Under the pieces are notes generated by a model. The model was not told the origin of the DNA. It searched no databases and was given only the letters and a program-made list of their open reading frames with translations. A DNA stretch of 63,432 bases, counting the filler, from Choristocarpus tenellus KU-1152 (Eukaryota; Protista; Phaeophyceae): the NCBI GenBank assembly GCA_964200185.2. It is 8 parts of 8 records of this genome, joined end to end, with 100 filler letters (N's around TTAATTAATTAA, not from the genome) between each part and the next. Parts side by side here need not be neighbours in the genome. Positions count along the whole stretch, not along the records: positions 1 to 27,508 come from CAXNAD020000145.1; 7 more parts are not named here. One strand, written 5' to 3'. The translations under genes and the position numbers were made by a program. Below, piece after piece: positions 1 to 12,100 of the stretch (position 1 is the first letter of the stretch; each line of letters starts with the position of its first letter).

Positions 1-50
1 GATTTTGGCCCCTAAATGGACGCGGCTCTACCTTCTACGATACTTTGACT
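1..50 (+). mobile_element. MITE family A, right end
   Basis: ggcccctaaatggacgcggctctaccttctacgatactttgact matches the right terminus of the other copies. Confidence 0.8.
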
Positions 51-886
51 AAGCTTACCATGATGGGATATGTAATTCCAATCCAAAAGTCTGTAGCGAA
101 TGATGAGGTTCACAGACTGTGCCAAATTGAAACTACCCATCAAATACGCTGGATCTCTCATTTTGATTATTCACTTCGTGATTCAATAGGTATGCAGAAA
201 AAACTGAGGGTAAGCAGGAGACAGGCAATGTATGGTCTATCAATGACTAAATGATAAAGCGTGACATGTTAAATCTAGGACTTCAAGCTCATAGTGGCGT
301 TCATGAAACCGTCAATAAGACCCATTGCCTATGACATGCCCCCCCATCATGAAGCATAACTCCTTCAACGCGAAGAATGGGCGATTGGACAAGAAATAAA
401 GGGCCTCTCCTTAACCTAATATGAACGTAATAGATATGAAATTAATGTCACTCTCAGGTCCAATCATATCAGTATGCAGCGTAGGGGATCCAGCGGAGGA
501 GGAAACCTAGAGGCAAAAATCCCTTCCAACGTTTGCCCCAACGACAGATCTAGCGTCACACCCCCACCTCACGGCAGTCACTCTGCTTTTGGACCTCTTA
601 CACCAAAGTCTCACACTCATATCAAAATAGAATACTACCATAAACTGACTCTCATCTCTTCAGAACAATAAATATGTCATAATATAGACACAAAGAGTAA
701 TATTTGACAAAAACATAGAGGTAGGGTGTTAAAGAAGGACTCTTCCCATTTACAACTATGAAGACAAATTAATACAGGCACCAAAGCACGATGACATAGA
801 AAGGCTCTGTCACTTCAGAACTATGAAGACAAATAATACAGAAATAATATGTCTCACACTAATGTATAAATAGGGTATAGCCATTA

Positions 887-1145
887 GAGTGAAAGTATCT
901 TAGAGGGTACAAGTGTTGCCCTGTTTGTCCATTTGGGGCTTGACATCCCACGGGTTTTTAATGACATTCTACCTCCTCCAAAATGTTTCCGAGTAGGTAA
1001 AATGTATACGCTATGAAAAGATGTGTCCGGAATAAGGATATTGACATCTCCTAATAATCACGATAGCCAAAATTACATCGAAATCGCAACATTGGATTTT
1101 GGCCCCCAAATGGACGCAGCTCTAGCCTCTAAGATGCTTTGACTC
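887..1145 (+). mobile_element. MITE family A, full copy, TSD TTA
   Basis: ~23-bp TIR GAGTGAAAGTATCTTAGAGGGTA / TAGCCTCTAAGATGCTTTGACTC, flanked by tta..tta. Confidence 0.9.
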
Positions 1146-1685
1146 TTAGAAAGACTCCTCCGTAGTAAACGAGTCCAGTACGGTTTTGCGGTCCACTCAT
1201 CCGTATGTAACAACCTACCCCCCCCCTTTTGCCATCTCCATTACGCTCTTGTTTGCTGCTCTCGAAGACTAGAAATATCTGACTTGTCCTGCCATTGGTT
1301 TGTCTCCTTCTTGATCCACACAGCCGGAGTATCCAGTCTCTCTCCTTTCTCCTTCTGTCACACCTTGACAGGGGTACCTATGGGTCACAGATAAGGCACA
1401 CCTTGTGTTCCCTCAACCACTTGACCATCTGGAAATGCTGACAGCGCGAGTCTGTGCCTGAGTAGTGACTGATCAAACTACTGGTTACTTCTGCACCTGA
1501 AAGTGTGCAGGTTGCAAAACAGGAGAACGCAAATAAATAACGAGACTACCGACGGATGGATGAGAGCGAATAAGCAAAGAAAGTGGAACCTACTCTATAA
1601 TGAATTGAGACACATGGATCACACAACTGTAATACTGCCAGCATCCCCACCATACAGAATCTTGAGGTCATCCCATTATTAGAGG

Positions 1686-2028
1686 GAGACCCTGAAGTCA
1701 TGGTCTGGAACACAGGCCACTGCTGTGACCCTGTAGACACAGTGAGGTGGCCCACACTCTTGCATAACCTCAAGGTCGTAAAGAGAGACCCTGGAGCCAT
1801 GATCTTGAGTGCAGACCATTGATGCAACCCAGAGCAGACAGCAAGGCAACCTGCACTCTTTTACAGAGCCTCAAGGTTGTAGAGCAAGACCCTGAAGCCA
1901 TGATCTCGAGTGCAGGTCATTGATACGACCCAGTGCAGACAGTAAGGCGACCTACACTCTCACAGAGCCTCAAGGTCGTAGAGCTAGACCCTGAAGCCAT
2001 GACTCGAGTCCAGGTAATTGATACGACC
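1686..2028. repeat. Tandem repeat, ~100-bp unit, ~3.4 copies
   Basis: gaccctg(a/g)ag(c/t)catg recurs at 1688, 1787, 1888 and 1987. Confidence 0.9.
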
Positions 2029-2510
2029 ATCAGTGAATGCCCTTGTGCTTGGTCGCAACATCCATTCCTTGCTGGGGATGTGGCATCTGAGCCACAGATG
2101 CAAAGATGCGGACCTTCTCCTTCCAATTTGAGAGAAGTAGTGGAGATTGAGATGGGCACAGGACGTCCCAAGGAAATGACAAAACTATGAAGGACGACTC
2201 CACAACATCCCAAGGAGCTAACAACAGTCCCATGTGGTGAGCTGAGCATTATCTCCAGTATATAATGACAAACAAGTTAAGTCCTCCATGTTACAAAATG
2301 CTCCCATGGCTTACGATGACGGGGTATATAGCTCCAATCCATAAGCCTGTAGACTGATGATAATAAGACTCGCAGATGGTGCATTAATGGAAGTATCATC
2401 AAGTATGTTGGATCTCTTACTTTGATTATTCACTTCATGATTTGATTGAGTTATATAGAAAGAACTGAGGCAAACATGGGACCAGCAATGTGTGGTCTCA
2501 CAGTGACTAA

Positions 2511-2762
2511 GACCCAAAGTATTTAAGAGGGTAGGAGTTTTACCCTGTTTGTCCGTTTGGGGCTTGGTTTTCCACCTCTGTTTTATGCCCTTTTCCGGTT
2601 TTTGAAACATTTCATAGTACGTAAAAAGTATGCGACCGTGCGTGAAAGATGTGTCGGGAGGAAGGATATTGACTCTTGCTATCAAGGATGATAGCCAAAA
2701 TTACATCAAATTCGCAAAGATTGGATTTTGGAACCCAAACAGACGTGGCCCTACCTTCTCAG
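2511..2762 (+). mobile_element. MITE family A variant (GACCC terminus), right end eroded
   Basis: Homologous internal sequence ccctgtttgtccgtttggggcttg..aggatattgac..aaattacatc..ttggattttgg. Confidence 0.8.
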
Positions 2763-3614
2763 AGTGCATGTTCTTCTCAACAGCTGGGAACATCGTGACC
2801 TTAAAAATTAGCAGGCTAGACCCTGGTTATGCGTAGTTTCTTGTCTTCGTTTGCAACACCTGGATGAAGAAAATGGATGCACGGGAGGCTGCCAAGAAAG
2901 GGTACAGAACGGAAATAACCTGAAACCTAAGCAGCAACAACGTGCAGCCACACACACATATATCTAAACAGATACAAAATGTAGTATATATTGAATATGA
3001 AATATCTCATTCAGTGATATCCTGACAACTCTTCAGTTCCTTCTTCTCCAAACATACAATAGGATACATGTAAAAGTCTCTCAGACACCGCATCAATGTA
3101 TAATATCTAGTAGTGACAAAAAGGGCCACTGAAATGAACAGTACACTGTCTCGAAAAGTCTTCAATCTGGACAGTCCCTCACCATATATGGTGGGAGTGT
3201 TGTTAGGTACACTTCCCACATGCTTCGATTATGATGCAATACATCGAAAAATTTCGACCCGATTTAAGGTACACTCACAAATTCTCTCGATTCTGTCCCC
3301 CTTCACTCTAAAGAACTTGTTGCATGGTTTCCATTTCACACAAACACTATTTTTGAATGGTATAATAATAGTTCTGTATGTAAGGTAAAATAAAAGGGAT
3401 TCACAATATTCCCAAAAAAATTACCATGTATAGAAACGCCTGTTCAAATAGTTGAACAAAGAGTTTCCTTCCCATCATGTTATGTGTTGTTGTGATTACT
3501 ATTACTAACTACCCCTGTCCCTGCAGATTTGACCCCTGCAGAGCTGGGTTGCTCAGCCTTGTTGCACATTGCAGTGCTTGCAACCAAGTGCACCTGTAGT
3601 GTAGCAGCATTAGG

Positions 3615-5948
3615 ATGAAATTGAAGTTCGTCGTGTCATGGTTATGGGGTATCGTTGTGGTAACGTCACCACAAGAAGTGGCAGCATTGAGATTGCCATT
3701 GCACACTATGGCTGGGACTTCACTTCAGAAGGGAGCCGATTACTGTTTGAAAGGGAAAATACGCCCCACTAGAATGGTGGATATGAGAATGAAGGTTGAG
3801 AGTGCACCAGACACCGAGCGCTACGCGAAAGCTGCATCTAACACAGCGATTGCTGTGGGTGGTGCCACGGCCTTTGGTGCAGGGATCCAGTATTTTATGG
3901 GAAACGATCTGAGTCTTCAGTTTTTTGCTGGATATCTAATTGAGATGAGCCTTTCGGTTGACAATCTCTTTGTATTCCTTCTCCTGTTTCAGTACTTCAA
4001 GGTGAGGTAACCTGGACTGATATTCTGTCCTACTCTTTGTTTAACTCCATGGCATTCGATCGTTTAAACAATAATCCAATCTGTACGTGATCTCTTGGAG
4101 TGCCACCATGGAAATAACATATTGGAGGGACCCATTTCAAGTATTGATAACCTTTCTGTCGATGAAAAACTCGCTGTTTGGGTTGGGTTTGCAATATTTC
4201 AGGTACCAGCTGGGGACCAGAATCGTGTACTGTCGTGGGGCATTCTTGGGGCGATGGTGATGCGAGGTGTATTCATTGGGTTAGGAGAGGCCGCACTGAA
4301 CATTTTTCAGCCCGTCCTCCTAGTGTTTGCAGGTATACTGATCCTTTCATCGTACAAGCTACTGATGGAAGGGGATGATGAGGAGGACAACCTAGATGAC
4401 AACCAAATCGTCGCTTTCGCCTCCAAAATTTTGGATGCAACTCAGGAATACGATGGGAACAAATTTTTTACAATGGTGCGTGGTTACTTGTCCTCAAGTA
4501 TTGCTATGCTCTATACAAATCCATGTCCATATCTTGAAGATCTCTGTGGTTGCATGTTCGGTTCCACGCTAACCATCCATTTGAATCTGGACGTCTTAGT
4601 GTTCCTGACTAGGTAATGTTTAAGTGGGGCTGGATGCATTGGTTTATGTTTGTTTTCCGAAAAAGATGTCTTTGTCGCATTGAAACTGCACTCGAGAAAT
4701 AAATATTATGAATGAGCCTCCTCAGTATTGCAACTTGCATTGATCTTTTTTCCCTCACGCACTTCAGTATTACAAAGCATTACTTTTTGTGTGGGTGTTG
4801 TGGCAGGTTGACGGGATTCGTCGTGCTACACCCCTCCTGCTGGTTCTGCTGTGTATTGAAATAAGTGACATTGTTTTTGCTGTGGATTCAATTCCTGCAG
4901 TATTTGGTGTAACCAAGGTAAGTGGTTTCATATCTACCACAGAAGCAGTCATTTCTACCCAAAAGCCCTCTGATATTTCAGAAAGTCGATGTATGTATGG
5001 TGGGGTAGACTGGATTGAGAAGGGAGGGAAGAACACCCTGCAATTGTTTTGCATCTTACGCTTCACTGTAATCACATTGAACATCTGGTCTTGATTGAAG
5101 GTTTGTACTTGTATTGCATTTTAGATAAGTATCCCCAAAATCTGCTCATATGATACAGTACTTTTCACTAATGTGGGATTCAAATTTAGCCCACTGTTAA
5201 ATGTTAAGGTCTAGAGCATCTAACCTATTGTCTAATTGCTTAATGCCACTCAACTTCATTGATTGATTTATATTGTTGTGTACCCCATTGACCACATCCA
5301 ACCTGTGCAGTCAAAAGTTAGGATGTCATGTTGATTGCCTTTTTTTGCAACCACATCAGGTATATTATCTTGTATAAACCTTTATTGCTATATAATCAAC
5401 ATACTCAATACAGCAAACACCGCTGGCACCTGTACAGTAAGTACGGCAAAATTTACCAATTCTTTACGTTATCTCTTGTTTGGGGTAAACTTGTATCCCA
5501 CAACACTAAGGAAATTAGGAGGTTTGTTTCAAGGTCTCACTCGTACTCATCTATCAATTCAATCTTTTGGAGTGTATTCAACCATCGCTTCAATTTTTTT
5601 TGTATAATGTGTCGCAAATCCTGTACATGATGTGGTATACATCACAATACACAAATTTTACAATGTTTGAACTCATCTATTGCACAGGACCCATTCATTG
5701 TTTACACGTCCAATATCTGGGCGATCCTGAATCTCCGGAGCTTATTTACACTACTTTCCAGTGCAATTGAGGACTTGCCGTATCTGCGACCAGCAGTTGC
5801 TATTGTTCTGGGCTTTGTTGGTGGCAAGCTTGGTGCTGAGTTCTTTGGTTATGAGATATCAACACCATTATCCCTTGGGATCATATCTGTACTTCTTGCT
5901 GGTGGTGTTGCCTTGAGTGTTTTGGATCGCAGGAAAGAGAACTCATGA
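3615..5948 (+). CDS. TERC: TerC-family integral membrane protein, probably plastid/thylakoid-targeted; 4 exons 3615-4001, 4203-4475, 4807-4917, 5688-5948 (343 aa)
   Basis: TerC motifs [90 protein letters not shown]. Three GT-AG phase-0 introns give one open frame. A hydrophobic N-terminus is followed by a basic/Ser-Thr segment, resembling a bipartite leader. Confidence 0.93.
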
Positions 5949-6109
5949 TATAATATGGGATGATAACACAGCATTAGCATCTTTGGGATATCAATTTGTC
6001 ATACTCATACAGGAATAAAATAGACAAAATCAAGTGGAGAAGCGGCAAAAACACCCTCTCCTTCTAAAAAGGCAAAAATTTCACTCCAGCCAGGTTCAGG
6101 CTGCCCATG

Positions 6110-9100
6110 TCACGACACTACACAGCAACTACCATTTCGTGCTTCCAATTCTAGGCCATGGTTAGCACGGTAAATAAGGAAGTCCACAACTTCCTGCTGA
6201 AAATCTTCCTCTGAAGTGTAGTCCCAGCCCTCATAGAGAGCATGGTCTTCCCTGGAAAGGTGTACCTGGTGAGGAATAATACGGAGAAGCACAAAACAAA
6301 CTCAGCATGCCCATATGCAGTGTAGTGGTTTACATTTGAGATGCTTTGTGGGAGCTTCATTTCTTTGTTTGAAAGAAGGGGATATAGCCGATGAAATGCT
6401 CTTCTATAATGGACCTCTGACTGTGATTGTTACGATTGAAAATAATCTTCCTTATGTGCAGATTTTGCTTGCACTAGTGACTGCCACAAAGGTGACCTTA
6501 AATTTCATCTAAACTCTGGTGTCACATACACCCTCACCAAACTTTCCAAGAATGCATAATCAAAGAATCACACCTTTGAGCCAGCATCTGCAAAGCTGCC
6601 AATTGCACGTTGGGGAGCAGCATTAATATCCTTGTTTGGAAGGAAAGGACTATCCAATTGGTCCAAGGTGAGAGCATCTAAGTCAAGGTCCTTGAACCAT
6701 GCGTGTGCCAGGATTTCATCAGCTCCCTTCTGACCGAGTCGTTTCTTTGGGTCCTTCACCAATAATCCTGTAAGACAAATAGGGAGAAAATTTTGTGGGG
6801 AATACAATATTTAACTGTGGACATTCTGGTATTATCATTACCAGGGTCATAGCACCCCTAAAGGTCCAGGGGAAAAACTCGCAGCAAAGACCATCTCATC
6901 ATTTGCTTAGCCCTGATATGGCACTATCTTCAAATGTACATGTTACAACCAGTTTCAGCTCAACTATGGACAGTACTTTATGTCAGTCATTGGGAGAAAT
7001 AATGTTTGCTTTGATCATGTTCATGCTCTACACATGTAACTTGATTTGTGTGGCACATTCCTATAGAAGTATGTGTGGGATCAATTCAAATCTGCTGGTC
7101 ACTTTGAGAAACCTAATTCAATGATCCAAATTCCACATGGCAAGCACTAGGGATTGCACACCTGTACTATCCCCTGCCTGTCACTATTTCACACAAACAT
7201 GGGGAAACTGGAATAAGGGGCAAGGCTTCATAGCAGAGTGAAGGGCAATAAGATGGCAGAAACAAGCATGTGAGAAAGGCAAAAATGGAGTAGTGCAAAA
7301 TCATAGCACATTAGTAATCAAGTATGAGAAAAAGTGCACTGTGTAGTGCTTCTGACCATAGATAAGAATAGCTCACAAGGCGAAGTGAAAATAATCATAA
7401 TACAAAAATTAATGTAGAACGAGTGACAGGTGGGCACACTTCATATTTTGTCTTCAACCTGCAAAATATAGGCACCCCTTTCCAGTCAACTATTATTTGC
7501 TTGGCTGCACTGCATCGAGCACAGGGTTGACATACTGTGCATGTTTTTCTTGACCTCAAAAATCTTACAAACTGGGGTGTGCCCTGGCCCTGAGGGCATT
7601 ATGATACTATGAATGAGCTGATGAGAAGTTGCAGACCTCATGGAAGGGCTCAGCATGCAACTGCAAAAACAAAGCCATACAATGGCATTGGAATGACACT
7701 ATGTGCAGTATCATAGTTTTGAAAAGTGTCCTTAATATAATAGATGCCGTAGATTTGAGAAGAGGAGGCAGAGATTTGACCAGTTGGGCCTTGCAGAACC
7801 TAAGGGTAATGCGATGGACCATTCCACTTCTACAAGTAGAGCAGGTCCCAATATCAACAAATGTTCCCACTCCATTGTTCAATATCCAGTTAAAAATGAA
7901 ATTGCACATGACAACTTAACAACCAGTTTAAATAACCGTTTCCAAGTGCTTCTCAGACACCTAAAAGATTCCCAACTGAAGTGTGCCTTGAAATCCCTGA
8001 GTTCCCTACCCATAGGTAGCGATATTGAAAACTACATGTGCATCCTTGGGTACGTAGGTAACATTTTCCCTCTCTCCAGCACTACCCATTACCCTGGGAA
8101 TTGCTAGGGCTAGAAAATATGAACATTTACATGTTGTATAGCTCTCAATAGGGGATAAATGATTCCCCCCCAAAAAATCACCCTGAGAAACATGAATTCA
8201 AGGGTATACAATGCACATGTTTACAAGAGGATTTTGTGTTTAAGATGTTGAAATCCTTTTCCCTTCCAATAGCCTAAAAAATACAAAGTGCCATTGTTAC
8301 ACCATCTAGGAATCTTCAATAGTCCATGATAAGCACACAGGAAGAGTGATCCTAACCATTTGCCACCCTCATCCAGACCATATTTTTCTTGTTTGAACAC
8401 CAAAAAAACACATAGCCTTTGCTTGGAGTGTTGATTAAGGCCCGCATGTTTTGCACAATCTTGTATCCAAATAAATCCCTTTCTCTTGAATTGTGTGCTG
8501 AAAAAATATTTTTGTGCCACTATGGTCTTCACCAAGATTTACGTATCTGGCAAGATGAGTTGCTTTGGCACAGCACGATACAATAAGTACCCTAGGAAGT
8601 GTATGGACAGCTAACTAGAGTTCTATCATCTACACCTTGGACACATTATCTTGAAAAATTTATGCCACTTGGTGTTGAAGGTTGTTGAGTCTTCATACGC
8701 AATACACTCAAAAGTGTGATGTGACACCTAAAATTCATTGGCAAGAGTATCCAAATATCTTTGGACATATTACAGTCTAAGCTTCCATGCTTGCTATCGT
8801 GTCCATTTGATGCAGCTGATAGGTAAAAGCTGCAATTGCAATCTCTACCAAACAGAGGGCAATGTCAAGGTCCACGTAATGTGAAGAGTACATGTGAAAG
8901 GTCATTCTGACAAATGAACTACCAGAGACTACATGTACTTTTCTGTCTTCTGAAGTTTCTGATGATGATACCATAGAGCTCTTGTGATTCCTTGAGGGCA
9001 TTTGCTTGTTCAATTACTGACTAAAATTGGTGATCTCACCAATGGTTTAGAGGAAGACATAATCGGCTTGAGTAGCTTTGCGAACTTCTCAGAACACACC

Positions 9101-12100
9101 AAATATCTGCACTATCAGAACAACTTGTTGGGATAACTGAAATCAGCTCACCATTATTTAGATTAATAGAGCGCGTATCAATTGGCAGCCCACACACTAA
9201 TGCTGGCATGCAGACTGTCTTTTCTGAGGGAACCTCATATGCATCAGTCCCAGGTAATTATGTTGGAATTATAACCTCGCAAACATGAAGTGAAAGGAAG
9301 GTGGGCAGGAGAAGTAGTGGTTGTACCTGCAAGACAACCTTGAAAAGTACGGGATCATGGTTGGGGGATGGAGATTAAGTGCAACAAACCAACACAGCGG
9401 TATGAGTGTGTGGTTGACAGCACAAAGGCCTTCATGGATGAGTGGCATACCAAGGAAGCTGTGGTAGCTGCTCTAGGATATGCTTAACCAGCAGCTAAGA
9501 CAGCAACCCAAGCAGATGAAGGCACATCCACACTCACCACTGTCTGCTGCATGCTGGTCTCTCATTTCTCCTTCACTTTGGGATGATTACTCTTGAGTCC
9601 CTCTTTCCTCTCCATTCTTTCCTATTTCAGGTATATAATGATTGTTGTGATTGCATGTACCTGTTGTAACTCTAAAAAGTCCCCCACTTTTCCCAAAGGG
9701 CCTGGCAATGTGTGAAGATGCAACTGACTTCCTATCCCAAGAGTAGGGTGTAAATACTAACACGAAACTGATAAAATCGGACTAGCAAATATATACCCTT
9801 CAAAGAGGATGTTACTTGACCCAGGAAATTTATGTAAGACTTCCTGACAAATTGCAATTAATGAATATAAAAGTTAGTACAGTGATAGCCAAGTCAGTAT
9901 CAACAGTGTATGTCCTCAGCTTCTTACAGATCATGGCACAGTCTCCAACTCAATCTACTCAAGGAGTGTAGACACCGTTTGCGTTCCGTTGTATTAGTAG
10001 TAGTCACAGTTGGGGGAGGGGGGGCCCAAGATGCATCATATGCCACACCCTCGACGCATCCATCAGTATAGCCAGTCGTGCCAGTGGGACCCCCATATTT
10101 CTAAAATTCAGATAATGGAAAGATTGTGTGCCCCTGATAACTACAGGTGCAGTGAGGTGCCACACAACAGACTTTTCCCTCCCTCTTGTCCAGAGGAAAG
10201 TTGACTGTCCATATGCTGGGGATTGTGTCAGGAGCCACCCCCATGACAAGGCTGCTACAGCTGATGCTGTCACGGAGGAAGTTCCACCTTGCCCATTGAC
10301 ACTCTGCCATGTTGTGACCTTTCTTGCCACAGTTATGGATAGCATGAGTCCGTGAGCTTCATCTTTTCCCCACCCAAGTGAGGTTGTGCCTCATTCTTGC
10401 CAGGTCGCACAACACTGACAACTTCAAACCTATCGAAACACACCTTGCCCTTAAGCTGACCCAGTCCTGCCACTAGACTGGGATATCTTAACACACAAAA
10501 AGTGTGAAACATCTTGGCTTCTCTGGGAAGGTTAAACGCTTCATCAGGATTCCTTTTCATGTCAGGATGTCACTTAATCTCCCCAAGCACCTAACCCCTG
10601 AGCTCCACAAGTCATAAGCCAGCAAAGGCCGCCCCAGATGATAACTTGACCAGATCGTGTTGCCAGCTTTCAGTATCCATCCCAACATCAAGATGGAAGA
10701 CCTTGTCCAGATGACAACCATCTGTGTCATTCTCTAGTATTTCTTTCACAAGATGCACCTGATCCCAGGCAGTGACTGTGTTCCCCATCTTGGTAAGCTT
10801 ATTGAAATGGGTCTGAACCTCTCTCACATGTAGAGTTTGATTGATCTCCAAGACTCTCACCAACAATTTTAGAATGTTCAGTACCTGCTCCCCGGTGACT
10901 TCTTGCTTCTTTATGTCGACTCAGATGACCCTCAGGCTCTGCAAATCACTTAAGTGTGATCAAATCTTTCCATGAAGGAGTCTAAGATGGGGACATCCAC
11001 AAAATGTGGTAGTTAAACAACAGGACATTGATGCTCACCTAGACCTTCCCCCTCCGTACATGCCTACCTTGAACATGCACTCATCAGTTACGCTTCGTGA
11101 TGACATACTGTCTTTGCAATCCAAAGGCTTGCAGTATATGTTTGAATAGAATGATTAGTTTCTTGAGAGAGTGACTCCTCAGGGAATGAATGCACTCAAG
11201 ATGGTCAAGAAATGCCAATAGAAATGGCAAGTAGTGCCAATGACATTAACATCAGAATGAAAATCTCAATCTGGGTATGTAGTGTATAGAGTCTGGTTTT
11301 GGCAACAAGACACAAGTCAGCCATAGTGAACTAATGTAGAAAGTGGACATGTCCTGAAGCAAAATCCATTGTTGCATTTGTTGCGGACAATTGTGTAGAA
11401 ATACATCCATGCATACTGCCCCACTCATGTCAATTGTATGGTTAATTTTCTAGCAGTAATTTGGAAACCTTCTCCAGCAATATAAATATAAATATTACCG
11501 TAGAGTCAAAAGTGCTTAGAAATATAAAAACAACTGAATGGACAAAGTGCACATCTGCTTGACTCGCATTTGAAGGGGCATTCAATTGTCTCATCTTATA
11601 TTTTGGCAAATAATCACATATTGCACACTCCTTACCGTATACCACACAACACACCATGAGGTGCAACATCCCCCTGGTTTGAAATTGAAGGTCCCACCAG
11701 AAAAAAATTGAGTCTTAACAATACACTGCTTCATTTCCCCTCTTTATAATTGACTATATGGTACACAGATGGGGGGATAACTTAAATTTGAGGAAGATGG
11801 CAAATACTAAATAAAGAGGCCTTCATTGGGTTGGGAAAATCTGATGAGTTCAGAGTGCGAGCTGGCCCGTTTCCAATATTTTCCGAAAGGCCTAGTCCAG
11901 TGTCGAGAACTTACTTCAATGGCCATGTTCCCAGCCATTCTGACAACTCCAGTCCAGGGCCATCAGATATTTATACTCTCTGGTTTCATCAGCCTGGTTC
12001 CCACTATATCTGACAAGTCTGGTCAAGGATAATTACATACTTTTACGGTTCAGATGGTGGCCTGGTTAAGTGCCCAACACAATGAAAGACCATGGTAAAA

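Noticed and set aside
3615-5948. Bacterial tellurite-resistance gene, contamination or recent HGT
   Set aside because: It has spliceosomal introns and a targeting leader, and plastid TerC is a known eukaryotic family.
7600-9010. pol/recombinase portion of the intron-10 retroelement
   Set aside because: No YxDD, integrase or tyrosine-recombinase motif could be read with confidence.
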